A stretch of 63,534 nucleotides of DNA, the filler included, from Octopus bimaculoides (Eukaryota), in NCBI RefSeq assembly GCF_001194135.2. It is 7 parts of 6 records of this genome, joined end to end, with 100 filler letters (N's around TTAATTAATTAA, not from the genome) between each part and the next. Parts side by side here need not be neighbours in the genome. Positions count along the whole stretch, not along the records: positions 1 to 11,586 come from NC_068981.1; positions 11,687 to 26,408 come from NC_069006.1; 5 more parts are not named here. One strand, 5' to 3'. This document shows positions 1-12,850 of this stretch, one piece after another (position 1 is the stretch's first letter; every line of letters begins with the position of its first letter). The translations under genes and the position numbers were made by a program. The notes beneath the pieces were generated by a model. That model worked only from the letters and a program-made list of their open reading frames with translations. It made no database searches and was not told the origin of the DNA.

Positions 1-2
1 TC

Positions 3-260
3 TGTGACAGACCATGTCTGTCCTTGGCTGGCCTCAAATCTCACCTGCGAACCCATGGAAAACAAACCTCACCCAGCTATTCTGATTATATGTCTGTGCA
101 CACGTTTGAATGTGGTGTGTGCCAGAGGGTTTGCAAATCCAATGGGGGTCTTAAAAGACATGTTAGGATCCACAATGAGCAGAACTTACTTGCAGGTATT
201 GGTAGTGCAAATCAGAGGTGCAATCTGTGTGGGTGTTTTTTCAAAACACTGTCTGGTTTA
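3..260 (+). pseudogene. C2H2 zinc-finger coding fragment (3 fingers, third truncated); possibly the C-terminus of an RTE-like LINE or a host ZNF exon
   Basis: Frame of ORF 24..380 extended to base 3 reads CDRPCLSLAGLKSHLRTH ... CGVCQRVCKSNGGLKRHVRIH ... CNLCGCFFKTLSGL. The linkers are long and not TGEKP-type, and the third finger lacks its His pair. It runs off the window start. Confidence 0.6.
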
Positions 261-380
261 ACGAAGAAAAGTGGAGACAGAAAAAGAAATTTGCAGGGTC
301 TGACGGTTCAACATGATGAAATGGCCAGAAGAAAGAGGTTAAATGGAAGGGAGATAATAATTATGACCCGGATGAACTAA

Positions 381-1545
381 TGTGCAGATGCGCGTCCGTG
401 TATGTGACAATGGTGTGTGTGAGTGTGTGTGAATGGGATGAGTGCATGAGTAAGTATGTGTGGGGGAGCTTAAAATTGTGTGGGTTTGTGTGTGCAACCT
501 AGTGTGGGCTTGTGTAAGTAATTCAGTGCGTACGCTATGTAGAGTAATGTGCGTTTCATACACTGGTGTGTGTGTGTGTGTGTGTGTGTGTGGATATGGG
601 CCTGTGTACATATGTGTGGGGTTATCATGTGTGTATGAAAACCCAATGGCTTGTGTGTGTGTGTATGTGTACAAATAACCTAGTGTGTCTGTTTGGAGTG
701 ATGTGCGTTTTGTGTATTTATGTGTGTTTGTGTGTGTGTGCATATGGACGTGTGTATATGTTTGAGGCTATGGCGAGTTTGTGTGTGTGTATGTGTGTGG
801 GTGTGCGCGTGTGTGTGTGCAAACGCTTGTGTTTGCCAGCTGCTGTGTGCTTGTTCAGGTGGTGTGTGCACGTCTTTGTGCATGTGTGTGTCTGTGACCC
901 TATAGTGTGCATGTGTAACGTGTATTTGTGTGCGAAAGTTGTATGTGTTTACGCGTGGTGCCTGTGTGTGTGTGTGTATTCTGTGGTGTACAGGCGTTTT
1001 GTGCTTTTTGGAGTGAATACTGCGTGTTGTGGTGGAATGCATAGAGAGTATGAGGTGGGATAGTGCTGAAGGGAGGTGGGATAGGGGTTAGAGGTGATGG
1101 CCTGGAGTAAGAGGAAGTGGAATTGAGGTGAAGGGAAGAGAGATAGGGGAGGTGAGAGGGAGCGAGAGGAGGTGGGATGGGGTGAAGGGAGGTGGAGGTA
1201 GGCAGATATTGGGTGCTTGTGCATGTGAATGTTTGTGGTGGGTGGGGTGGGAGTGTGCATAAGGGTGTGTGGTGTGTATACTGAGTTGAACAGTGCGTAG
1301 GGATGTTCGTATAGCGGTGTGTGTGTGGTGCTGATATTGAAGAGTGTATGTGTGTGTTTGGATAATGGCATGTGGGTTGGGCACTGAGAGGTGTTGGATG
1401 CTAGTGTGTATGAAGTGGGAAGGTGTGTGTGAGTGTATGCTTAATGGTGTGTGATGTGAGTACTGAGTTGAATGATGTATATGGCTGCTTGTATAGTTGT
1501 CTGTGTGGTGAGGACACCGAGTTGAACGGTGTATAGGTGTGGGGT
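381..1545. repeat. Degenerate (GT)n-rich low-complexity tract
   Basis: Interrupted TG dinucleotide repeats; source of the CVCV/HTHT pseudo-ORFs. Confidence 0.9.
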
Positions 1546-1980
1546 GAAGAGGAAGGTCATTTGAATGTGGTAGATATGTGGGAATTTGTGTGGGGTTGGT
1601 CGTAGATGAAGAGAGCTGACGAATTGAGACCGAAAGGAGCGAAAGAATGAGGGGAGAAGATTAATGTTTGTTCACGACGAAGATGGGATGGCCTCTGTAC
1701 AGAGACAGTCCGAACATAGACAGATGCCGTAGGGAATGACCGTTGGAGCGGAAGTGGCACGAGACTGGAGTGTCATTGCCGAGGTTTACGTCTTGGAGGT
1801 GCTCAGTGAACCGGTCAACCAAGCGGCGTCTCGTTTGACCAATGTACAGGGTAGGATAGAAAGAACAGGAGATACAGTAGATAACATTACTGGGGGTGCA
1901 AATAAACGAGTTGGTGATGCGATAAGGGTGGTGATAGGTACCAGTGAGAATAGTGATGTTGGAGAGCGGGTTTCTTTCAA
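1545..1980 (-). mobile_element. Penelope-like retroelement fragment, GIY-YIG endonuclease domain (disrupted)
   Basis: ORF 1661..2020 contains ITNSFICTPSNVIYCISC...LYIGQTRRRLVDRFTEHLQDV...PVSCHF...HS. After a frameshift it continues HLRREQTLIF...APFGLN, a typical PLE C-terminus. Confidence 0.9.
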
Positions 1981-1994
1981 TTTCCGTCACCCAG

Positions 1995-2092
1995 ATACCC
2001 AAGGCTAGAGTAGAAGACACTTGCTACCATGCAGCGGGACTGAACCTGGAACCATATGATTGGGAATCACGCTTCTTACCATATAGCCTGGC
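1995..2092 (-). mobile_element. tRNA-derived SINE family A, partial
   Basis: Reverse complement matches the head of the copy at 13448 (ggtaagaagc...ggttcagtccc...gcaagtgtcttctactctagcc). Confidence 0.75.
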
Positions 2093-2161
2093 TTGCGCGT
2101 ATATATTTGTGTGTGTGTGTGTGTGTATGCGTGTGCGTGTGTTGTGCCTGTGTGTCTGCGC

Positions 2162-2201
<40 letters not shown>

Positions 2202-3199
2202 GCCAGTGTTATAATGGTGGCAGCTGATGAAGGATATGTTCTCTATGTGGCCTGTGTGTTTTTGTACCTTGTTTATCATTTTGTCCGTGTTTTTTGCAAC
2301 GTCATGTACCTAGATATGCATCTATATATACATATAGATGAAGGTATGTACATACATGTACATATATATGCATATACTCATATATCATATATANNNNNNN
2401 NNNNNNNNNNNNNNNNNNNNNNNNNNNNNNNNNNNNNNNNNNNNNNNNNNNNNNNNNNNNNNNNNNNNNNNNNNNNNNNNNNNNNNNNNNNNNNNNNNNN
2501 NNNNNNNNNNNNNNNNNNNNNNNNNNNNNNNNNNNNNNNNNNNNNNNNNNNNNNNNNNNNNNNNNNNNNNNNNNNNNNNNNNNNNNNNNNNNNNNNNNNN
2601 NNNNNNNNNNNNNNNNNNNNNNNNNNNNNNNNNNNNNNNNNNNNNNNNNNNNNNNNNNNNNNNNNNNNNNNNNNNNNNNNNNNNNNNNNNNNNNNNNNNN
2701 NNNNNNNNNNNNNNNNNNNNNNNNNNNATCTTATATATATATACGTATGTGGTTATTTATATATATCTGTATAGACAGATAAATAAATAACAAATATGCA
2801 GTTGGTGTTTCAAGTAGTTCAAAAGGTGACAGAGTAAACTGAGCGCTTCTTACAAGTCCGGTTGAAAAACTGGGTTAAAATCCTGAGTGAAAAGAAGAAA
2901 ATCGGTGAACTGTAAATCATGAAATCGTAAAACTGCAACTGCATTCGTCAAGGGCATGACAGTTTATTCCCACGTCTCCCTCACTCCCTCTATTACCTAC
3001 CTGCCCTTACCGGACCTTCGAACTATCGTTTTCTTCCTTCTATTCACTAAATGGCCTTTTTTACCTTTTTTATTTACTTAACAAACCATACTTGTTTACT
3101 CACACAAACATATATATACAGTTATACAAACAAATACACACGCCGCACGCACGTATAATTTGTATTTGCCATATATGTTTGTGTGTTTCTCTGCTGATA

Positions 3200-3277
<78 letters not shown>

Positions 3278-4489
3278 NNNNNNNNNNNNNNNNNNNNNNN
3301 NNNNNNNNNNNNNNNNNNNNNNNNNNNNNNNNNNNNNNNNNNNNNNNNNNNNNNNNNNNNNNNNNNNNNNNNNNNNNNNNNNNNNNNNNNNNNNNNNNNN
3401 NNNNNNNNNNNNNNNNNNNNNNNNNNNNNNNNNNNNNNNNNNNNNNNNNNNNNNNNNNNNNNNNNNNNNNNNNNNNNNNNNNNNNNNNNNNNNNNNNNNN
3501 NNNNNNNNNNNNNNNNNNNNNNNNNNNNNNNNNNNNNNNNNNNNNNNNNNNNNNNNNNNNNNNNNNNNNNNNNNNNNNNNNNNNNNNNNNNNNNNNNNNN
3601 NNNNNNNNNNNNNNNNNNNNNNNNNNNNNNNNNNNNNNNNNNNNNNNNNNNNNNNNNNNNNNNNNNNNNNNNNNNNNNNNNNNNNNNNNNNNNNNNNNNN
3701 NNNNNNNNNNNNNNNNNNNNNNNNNNNNNNNNNNNNNNNNNNNNNNNNNNNNNNNNNNNNNNNNNNNNNNNNNNNNNNNNNNNNNNNNNNNNNNNNNNNN
3801 NNNNNNNNNNNNNNNNNNNNNNNNNNNNNNNNNNNNNNNNNNNNNNNNNNNNNNNNNNNNNNNNNNNNNNNNNNNNNNNNNNNNNNNNNNNNNNNNNNNN
3901 NNNNNNNNNNNNNNNNNNNNNNNNNNNNNNNNTTACCTGTTCAATATCTTTTTGACGTAAATAAATAGAATGTGTTGTCTAAAATGTAGTGCTATCCAAA
4001 TAAAAACAGTTCTGCGCTTAATGACCAAATATCAAATTTTTTTTTTTTTTGCTTGCTTCTTTTTACGTGGGGGCACTCAAGTAACACCAAAGATGTCAGT
4101 GGGTTGATCAGCACGTAAGTGCTTATTTTTTTATCAGGCTTTTTTTTCAGTAACTGGTGACGCTGGAGAGGGAGAGGGAAACAATTCATGCATTGCCACT
4201 CAAATTACTTCATCAGACAAGAGAACGGAGACCCTGAACCAAATGTTTGCAAATGAAAGTACTCCACTGAAGGCACTCGAGTGCTAAATGATGTCTCCTA
4301 CTAGAGATATATAAATACAGAAGAGCCAAGTAAGGACTGTTATATATGTGCTCGATCTGCTATTTCAAGCTGATCAGACATCGTCAAAGTACACCTTACC
4401 GGTCTGAGTTCTTTGCATATGATGTAAAGTCTTTGATCATAATTTTGCTTCATCAGTACTGAAGCGAGGCAAATAACAACAGATTCTAT

Positions 4490-4650
4490 TTCCAATGGGT
4501 TTTCATATAATTCCTATCTCCCTATTTCCTCACACAATGCTTGGTCGATCAGAGAATATGGTAGAAGACATTCTTCCAATGTGCTGCTCGGTGAGATCGA
4601 ACCGGGAATGAAATGAATGAGAAGTAAACTTCTTAACCATTCTGTTATGT
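4490..4650 (-). mobile_element. SINE family A, diverged
   Basis: Contains ggtagaagacatt...gagatcgaaccggg...gtaaacttcttaacca, a degenerate match to other A copies. Confidence 0.55.
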
Positions 4651-4869
4651 TTGCTTCCAGACATCTTTATGAATCAAATAAAACGGTGACCTACTTTTCT
4701 AGTCAGTAGATTATAAAGTAATTACCATTCAAGAAGTGATCTTGATTATTAAATTAACAGTACCTCCAACAGAGATACAAAAATTCATAAACACAAAAAT
4801 TTATAAGCTCAAAAATTCGTATTCTCAAAAATGTGTGCATTGGTACCAAAGATATAACTCAGTTATTGC

Positions 4870-4995
4870 AAGTAGGTTCGGTAGAGTGGCGAATTAAAAC
4901 ATTTGCTCTACATAACTACGCTCCCTTTTATTCTGAGGTGAAGTCCTACAGGAGCCGAAAATGCTTTCATCCTTCAGGAGTCGATATAATATTCT
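4870..4995 (+). mobile_element. SINE family B, highly diverged
   Basis: ttctgaggtgaagtcc...gctttcatccttcaggagtcgata matches the family B central domain. Confidence 0.5.
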
Positions 4996-6699
4996 ATGAT
5001 CGCGTTAATTGAATGTGTACACGCGCTAGAATTCTGGCTTTGTGCCAGAGATTATTTCGTCTTGTCCAGGGCTGACTGCGTGGTAGGCAGAAACTATCAG
5101 AGCGAAGGAAAAAGGAGCTCAAGGGTTTTGGCAGTTAAAATTTAACCGGGATAACTCCCCACCTATTTTTTCCTTTCTCTGGTTTAGATAAAACTAGTAA
5201 ATCGTAGCATTCATGAACTGGATCACTTCATTCTACAACGCACTTCTTTAAGCTGAAGATAAGAAAATAATATTGTAAGGAGTCTTTGGCTAACATACTT
5301 ATTCGTGTGACTAACTGACCAACAGTTTATAATATTCCACTGAGCTTTATCTTTCTGATATCAAATACGACTGACGCCAGGAGAATTCTATATGACCACA
5401 TCATCTGCTAGATACAGCAGCTAAATTTCTCTCGAATCACACCTGACTACCTTAAATAAAGAAAGAATACATTAGATACTGTAGATAATATGTCCTAAAA
5501 AAAAAGATGATTAACTTGAAATACCTTTGAACATATGCCAGCTTGATCAGTGTTGTAAAGCTAAAGTGCAACAACCACAATTTTTCATATATTTTTTTAA
5601 TTTTTATTAATTTTCTTCGACAAAATATATCCCATGCTCTGTGGATTCTGCTCCTTACACTCCTTTCCCTCAAAACATAATTCATTATCCTGGGCCTAGT
5701 CCAGAGTATTTCACAGTCATTTGATATTGTTGTAAACGGTGAGAAAATAAAGAACATGCATCACATAACAGCATCTCGTCTTTGTTTGTGGTTTGTTTTT
5801 CTTAATCATTCTGTGTCGAAATAACATAGGTATAATCTGTAGCTTTCATCATTCCAGAAGTGACAAAGTAAGTATAGACAATATACTAGATCTAACATCT
5901 TTTCAAATACGTTTATATATTATTCTCTTTGGAAAGCAGACTCTGATATCATAAAGTAATATGCTCGGACTTGCAAAACCAATAAATGGGAGAATGTGAC
6001 ATGCTTACGTATGTACAAATATAGATGGGTTTGATTATCTGCAGCTGGTGGTAGTGTTCATAACGCAGGTCAGTTAACGAAGTTTACGATTTGAAATGTA
6101 TTCATAAATATTTGTATTGTTTTATTATTATATCTGAACAAGCTGCTAAGGCAAAACCTGAAGCCACACTTAGTTCTAAAATGATTAATGATCTCAAGTT
6201 AGAGTATACAGAAATTTATCATCTTTCCTTAAATTGGTTTCAAATATCAAATGCTATCTGTGTATGTACATGCATGCATATGTGCATATATGTATGCACA
6301 TATGTATTCACGTCTGTATGCATATGCGTATGCATGTAAGCATGTAAGCATGTATATATGCATGTATGTATATGTGTGTATATATGAGAGTCAGTCAGAA
6401 AGTAATGCAAATAAATATATATATATATATGCGTTTGTGCGCATGATGTGTATTTTAGATCATATTTTAAAGTAAGGAGATATCGGCGTATGCAGATGTA
6501 GCTGAAACTAATAGCTCATAATATAAGGTGCAAAGCACGTTTTTGAAAGAATAAATTGGAGAAAATCACGTAAATGGATTGAAGAAGGTGTCTGTCTCAG
6601 ATTGATGGTTCATAACACCAACAGCCTGCAGAATCAGTCGAGTGTTAACAGTAAAATTAGATGCACTTAATATTACAAGTGATGTTTAATATTCTTTTC

Positions 6700-7011
6700 T
6701 ACTCTAGGCACATGGCCCGAAATTCTGGGGGAGTGGGGCCAGTCGATTATATCGAAGCCAGTGCGTAACTGGTACTTATTTAATCGATCCCGAAAGGATG
6801 AAAGGCAAAGTTGACCTCTGCGGAATTTGAACTCAGAGCGTAAAGACAGACGAAATACCGCTAAGCATTTCGCCCGGCATGCTAACGCTTTTTATTTCTT
6901 TACTACCCACAAGGAGCTACACACAGAAGGGACAAAAACAAGGACAGACAAACGGATTAAGTCGATTATATCAACCCCAGTGCGTAACTGGTACTTATTT
7001 AATCGACCCCG
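6700..7011 (-). mobile_element. SINE family B, two tandem units (second runs into gap)
   Basis: ccagtgcgtaactggtacttatttaatcga occurs twice; head gcgttagcatgccgggcgaaatgcttagcggtatttcgtc on the minus strand. Confidence 0.9.
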
Positions 7012-7997
7012 NNNNNNNNNNNNNNNNNNNNNNNNNNNNNNNNNNNNNNNNNNNNNNNNNNNNNNNNNNNNNNNNNNNNNNNNNNNNNNNNNNNNNNNNN
7101 NNNNNNNNNNNNNNNNNNNNNNNNNNNNNNNNNNNNNNNNNNNNNNNNNNNNNNNNNNNNNNNNNNNNNNNNNNNNNNNNNNNNNNNNNNNNNNNNNNNN
7201 NNNNNNNNNNNNNNNNNNNNNNNNNNNNNNNNNNNNNNNNNNNNNNNNNNNNNNNNNNNNNNNNNNNNNNNNNNNNNNNNNNNNNNNNNNNNNNNNNNNN
7301 NNNNNNNNNNNNNNNNNNNNNNNNNNNNNNNNNNNNNNNNNNNNNNNNNNNNNNNNNNNNNNNNNNNNNNNNNNNNNNNNNNNNNNNNNNNNNNNNNNNN
7401 NNNNNNNNNNNNNNNNNNNNNNNNNNNNNNNNNNNNNNNNNNNNNNNNNNNNNNNNNNNNNNNNNNNNNNNNNNNNNNNNNNNNNNNNNNNNNNNNNNNN
7501 NNNNNNNNNNNNNNNNNNNNNNNNNNNNNNNNNNNNNNNNNNNNNNNNNNNNNNNNNNNNNNNNNNNNNNNNNNNNNNNNNNNNNNNNNNNNNNNNNNNN
7601 NNNNNNNNNNNNNNNNNNNNNNNNNNNNNNNNNNNNATATATATATATATACATATATTATATTATATATAAAAGAGATACTTTATTTCACGTTGCTCCA
7701 GTTTCCTCAGGTGTAGAAAAGAGTAGCAACGTTACTGGTGCCAAGCTGTATTGGCCTTTGGCTTTCCTTTGGATAACATCGGTGGCGTGGAGAGGACAGA
7801 ATGGTAAGCATGGGCTACTGCTCATCTTCTATAAATAGCCTTGCCCGGATGCGTGCCTCCGAGGGTATCTTTCTAGGTGCAATCCCATGGTCTTTCTTGA
7901 CCAAAGGGGATCTTTAACCTTTTTGTGTGTGTGTGTGTGTGGGTGTGTGGGTATGTGGGTGTATGTGGGGGTGTGCGTGCGTGCGTGCGCGCGCATT

Positions 7998-8045
7998 ACA
8001 TTACATTAAATGTAAATGCTCTGCATTTTACATTTAATGTAATGT
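7998..8045. repeat. Short inverted repeat (22-bp arms, 3-nt loop, one bulge)
   Basis: acattacattaaatgtaaatgc-tct-gcattttacatttaatgtaatgt. Confidence 0.85.
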
Positions 8046-8992
8046 TCACATTGCATAAATAAATGGAGTCGCATGAAACGATTGTACTGCATTAACTTTA
8101 GATATCCTTGTTGCTTATTTTGACTTTAATCACCTTATTTTGGAATTGTATGGATAATACCATACTTAATTCTGGTGCCTAAACTTAAGTACCATATTCA
8201 CCTTGAATCTAAATTTATNNNNNNNNNNNNNNNNNNNNNNNNNNNNNNNNNNNNNNNNNNNNNNNNNNNNNNNNNNNNNNNNNNNNNNNNNNNNNNNNNN
8301 NNNNNNNNNNNNNNNNNNNNNNNNNNNNNNNNNNNNNNNNNNNNNNNNNNNNNNNNNNNNNNNNNNNNNNNNNNNNNNNNNNNNNNNNNNNNNNNNNNNN
8401 NNNNNNNNNNNNNNNNNNNNNNNNNNNNNNNNNNNNNNNNNNNNNNNNNNNNNNNNNNNNNNNNNNNNNNNNNNNNNNNNNNNNNNNNNNNNNNNNNNNN
8501 NNNNNNNNNNNNNNNNNNNNNNNNNNNNNNNNNNNNNNNNNNNNNNNNNNNNNNNNNNNNNNNNNNNNNNNNNNNNNNNNNNNNNNNNNNNNNNNNNNNN
8601 NNNNNNNNNNNNNNNNNNNNNNNNNNNNNNNNNNNNNNNNNNNNNNNNNNNNNNNNNNNNNNNNNNNNNNNNNNNNNNNNNNNNNNNNNNNNNNNNNNNN
8701 NNNNNNNNNNNNNNNNNNNNNNNNNNNNNNNNNNNNNNNNNNNNNNNNNNNNNNNNNNNNNNNNNNNNNNNNNNNNNNNNNNNNNNNNNNNNNNNNNNNN
8801 NNNNNNNNNNNNNNNNNNNNNNNNNNNNNNNNNNNNNNNNNNNNNNNNNNNNNNNNNNNNNNNNNNNNNNNNNNNNNNNNNNNNNNNNNNNNNNNNNNNN
8901 NNNNNNNNNNNNNNNNNNNNNNNNNNNNNNNNNNNNNNNNNNNNNNNNNNNNNNNNNNNNNNNNNNNNNNNNNNNNNNNNNNNNNNNNNNNN

Positions 8993-9036
<44 letters not shown>

Positions 9037-10334
9037 TATATATTATATATATACATGTGTATGTATGAATGTATGTATATAAATATATATGTGTGTGTAT
9101 ATATATATATATACATATATTTATATATATTATATATGCTTATATATATATATGTATGTATGCTTTTATGTATAGCGTCAAACAAAATTGTCTTCAGTGA
9201 AACTTTAGTCACGGTTTCTCTTTGTAGAAAAAAGAAGATAATTCATTTTGTTAAACCTATTGTGTTGATGGTTAATTGGTTTTTAACTGTTATCAGTTTT
9301 TAACTGTGAATTTGGTTTATACATTTCTCACACACACCAATGTATATATATATATCGTAAGAAGAAAAACATGGATTAAAAATGCAGGCGGATATCAGTA
9401 AAGCACTCAGTTTTAAGCGAATTCGGTTAATTATACCAAACAACCGAACACCAATAAAATGCAAGCAAAATATACAACCATGGTAATTCCTCGTGTATTA
9501 TAAGTATTTCAAAATATCATTTAGAAGAATTTCGAAAACACGGATATTCTTATTCAGAGATAGAGATAATCACATTCGTGTATGGTGAATTAAAGATGTG
9601 ATTTTTTCTATTCGTATTTTTGTTGGTATATATATATATATACATACATATATNNNNNNNNNNNNNNNNNNNNNNNNNNNNNNNNNNNNNNNNNNNNNNN
9701 NNNNNNNNNNNNNNNNNNNNNNNNNNNNNNNNNNNNNNNNNNNNNNNNNNNNNNNNNNNNNNNNNNNNNNNNNNNNNNNNNNNNNNNNNNNNNNNNNNNN
9801 NNNNNNNNNNNNNNNNNNNNNNNNNNNNNNNNNNNNNNNNNNNNNNNNNNNNNNNNNNNNNNNNNNNNNNNNNNNNNNNNNNNNNNNNNNNNNNNNNNNN
9901 NNNNNNNNNNNNNNNNNNNNNNNNNNNNNNNNNNNNNNNNNNNNNNNNNNNNNNNNNNNNNNNNNNNNNNNNNNNNNNNNNNNNNNNNNNNNNNNNNNNN
10001 NNNNNNNNNNNNNNNNNNNNNNNNNNNNNNNNNNNNNNNNNNNNNNNNNNNNNNNNNNNNNNNNNNNNNNNNNNNNNNNNNNNNNNNNNNNNNNNNNNNN
10101 NNNNNNNNNNNNNNNNNNNNNNNNNNNNNNNNNNNNNNNNNNNNNNNNNNNNNNNNNNNNNNNNNNNNNNNNNNNNNNNNNNNNNNNNNNNNNNNNNNNN
10201 NNNNNNNNNNNNNNNNNNNNNNNNNNNNNNNNNNNNNNNNNNNNNNNNNNNNNNNNNNNNNNNNNNNNNNNNNNNNNNNNNNNNNNNNNNNNNNNNNNNN
10301 NNNNNNNNNNNNNNNNNNNNNNNNNNNNNNNNNN

Positions 10335-11577
10335 AGAAAAAGCTCAATAAATACTTGCCATTACATTTTTAATCAACCAAATATGAACCATTTTGTTGCA
10401 CAATGCGTCTCCATCTTTCCTTTAACTTCAAAATACCCTCTTCTCAGAATTGAGGGTTTCATGGCAAAGAATTCATCATAGTATCTTTTTACGTCATCCA
10501 AGGAATTGGCATTTTTACCATTAAGACTATTCTGCAGAGACCTGAATAAGTGGAAATCCGAAGGAGAAATATCTGGTGAAAATGGAGGGTGGGGTAACAC
10601 ATCCCAGCCGAGCTGCAGCTATTTTTGTCTGGTTCCCAAAGAAACGTGTGGTCTTGCATTATCATGTTGGAAAACAACACCCTTCCTGTTGGTCAATTCT
10701 GGACGTTTCTCTTGAATTGCTGCTTTTAACTCATCCAGTTGTGTGCAGTATTTCTCAGAATTAATTGTCTGGTTACTTGGGAGAAGCTCATAGTACAGAA
10801 TTCTTTTCCAAACCCACCAGACACAAAGCAAGACTTTTTTAGGGTGAAGACCCGCTTTTAGGGTGGCTAAGAGTGTCTCATGTCACTTACTCCAAGATCG
10901 CTTTCTCTGAACATTTCGGTAGATAATCCATTTCTCATCACCTGTCACATTTTGCTTTAAAAAAAAGGCGCGTTTTCATCCCGTTTATAAAGCGAATCAC
11001 AGATGGAAATGCGATCCAAAAGGTTATTCTCACTCAACTCATGTGGTACCCGAACATCGTCGCGATTTGTGTACCCAAGCTTTACCAGGTGCTCATGAAC
11101 GACGGATTTTGATAGGCTGAAACTTTCTACCAATTCTCGGGTTGTGCAATGTGGGTTATTCTCAATTAATGATTTGATTTGGTTATCATCTGTAGTGGAT
11201 GGTCTGCCTGATCGCTCTTTATCAATAAGGCTACATTCTCCATCTCGGAACCTTGCGAACCACTTCCGTACAGTTCTTTCGGATAAAGAAACATCACCGT
11301 AAACTGTGCATATTTCTTTGATTGCTTGTGAAGCATTTTTCCCTTTCCGGAAAAAGAAAAGCATCAGGTGCCGAAAATGAACTTTCTTATCTTTCATTTT
11401 AAAGGGTTACAGAATTAACACTTTATAGGAACATAAACCTTCTTCCACGAAAAGATAGCTTAAATTGTGCTCTAAATGAAGGTGTAGTCAAATCCTATTT
11501 TATGGGCTCAACCATGTTCTAAAATAAGTCGAATGGTAAGCTACTATAAATCAGCACGAACTTTCCGGACAACCCAA
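10335..11577 (-). mobile_element. Mariner transposon, mellifera-like subfamily (DD34D), inactivated
   Basis: Transposase 11397->10369: HFRHLMLFFFRKGKNASQA...RSGRP...VPHEL...TGDEKW...LCVWW...HDNARPH...LPHPPFSPDISPSDFHLFRSLQNSL. It has a frameshift at the poly-A near 10960 and an internal TGA. The 5' TIR ttgggttgtccggaaagttcgtgctgattt lies at 11548-11577, flanked by TA. The other TIR is lost in the gap. Confidence 0.95.
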
Positions 11578-11586
11578 TATATATAT

Positions 11587-11686
11587 NNNNNNNNNNNNNN
11601 NNNNNNNNNNNNNNNNNNNNNNNNNNNNNNTTAATTAATTAANNNNNNNNNNNNNNNNNNNNNNNNNNNNNNNNNNNNNNNNNNNN
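11587..11686. other. 100-bp scaffolding gap with synthetic TTAATTAATTAA linker (6 such gaps in window)
   Basis: 44 N + ttaattaattaa + 44 N; same linker at 26453, 40093, 46128, 53099 and 61417. Confidence 0.95.
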
Positions 11687-12149
11687 TATATATATATATA
11701 TTTAAGAATTTGTAGTTTGATATTTTAATTATATTCTTATATTCTGAGGAGAACAATTACATATTCTATTGATACTAACGGAACGAAAAAGAGCATTAAC
11801 AACAACAACTATAACAAGAAGAGTAATTTTAGTAATGTAATTTCTTTTATTGGCCACAATTGGCAAAAGTATTGGATTGGTTTCGGGTACAAAAATGGAA
11901 CAAATAAAATAGTGAGCAACGCCGTATTTTCAGGGGATGAAAATGTTGTTTTACATTATGAGTTCATTTCGTGCTGAAGTCAAGTTTACCTTTCGTCTCT
12001 CCTGGGTTTCCATAATTTTCCTCTCAGACTCTTCGGGGGTTCCGTGATTGAACTACTATAGTCAAGACTGGGAGCGATAATGTTGCTTAAATACATCCTC
12101 CCACTAGAAGGCTGTCCTTGTTTCTAAGTTTTCTGTCTTTTAAAGGCAT

Positions 12150-12305
12150 AAGGCCTGGAATTTGGTGGGGAGGGGTCAGTCGCTGACATTGACCCCAGTA
12201 CTCAACGGGTCCTTATTTTATCGACTTCGAAAGGATGAAAGGCAATGCCGATCTCGTTGGTGTCAGAACTCAAAACATAAACCCTGCCGATGTCACTAAA
12301 CATTT
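12150..12305 (-). mobile_element. SINE family B, diverged
   Basis: cttattttatcgacttcgaaaggatgaaaggcaatgccga...cagaactcaaaac. Confidence 0.75.
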
Positions 12306-12699
12306 TGAGTGGTGTTCGAAGAATCCTGACGGCTTGCTACCTTACCGGGTCCCTAAATTGGTAAACAACAAATATCAACAGCAAAAGAGATTTAAAAAAA
12401 AAATAACTACATGGAGAGGCCCCTACACTGGGGAAGCAATTAGATAAGGGACTTTGGGTGTAACACAAAGAACGCCCTATATTCCTGAGACATCAAAGTC
12501 CAACGTTTTCTTCTTCTTTCTTGGAAATACGATATATGTTATCTTTACTTCTGCGAAAAATAGTGTTCATTTTGCTGTCATTTTCCTCATTTTACTAAGT
12601 GAGTTTGAAACACAGCCGTTGTCATAAAAATAAAGAAAATATAACAAAAAAAGTACAAGAAGATATCGGAAATAATGGTTTCTCCAATTGGCCCACGGC

Positions 12700-12850
12700 C
12701 TTATATTTTTAGGGAGAAGGCTAGTCGATTACATCGACCTCAATCTCACTATGCATCACCTTGGGGGCAAGTGTCTGCTACTATGGCCCACGGCTTACGA
12801 ACACTTTGTGAAGGAATCTGATAAAGGAAACTGAGAGGAGGCCTGTGTTA
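12700..12850. mobile_element. Adjacent SINE B tail fragment (-) and SINE A body fragment (+)
   Basis: ctagtcgattacatcgacc is followed by caccttgggggcaagtgtctgctactatggccc...ggaaactgagagg. Confidence 0.6.

Noticed and set aside
339-1384. Long Cys/Val- or His/Thr-rich ORFs (also at 22.6-23.0, 28.0-28.7, 45.3-46.1 kb)
   Set aside because: Translations of (GT)n/(AT)n microsatellites.
3092-3968. Long ORFs spanning N runs (many in the track)
   Set aside because: Their length comes from untranslatable gap bases.
11631-11642. TTAATTAATTAA motif recurring six times (11631, 26453, 40093, 46128, 53099, 61417)
   Set aside because: Always centred in 44 N + 12 + 44 N = 100 bp; a synthetic scaffolding linker, not biology.
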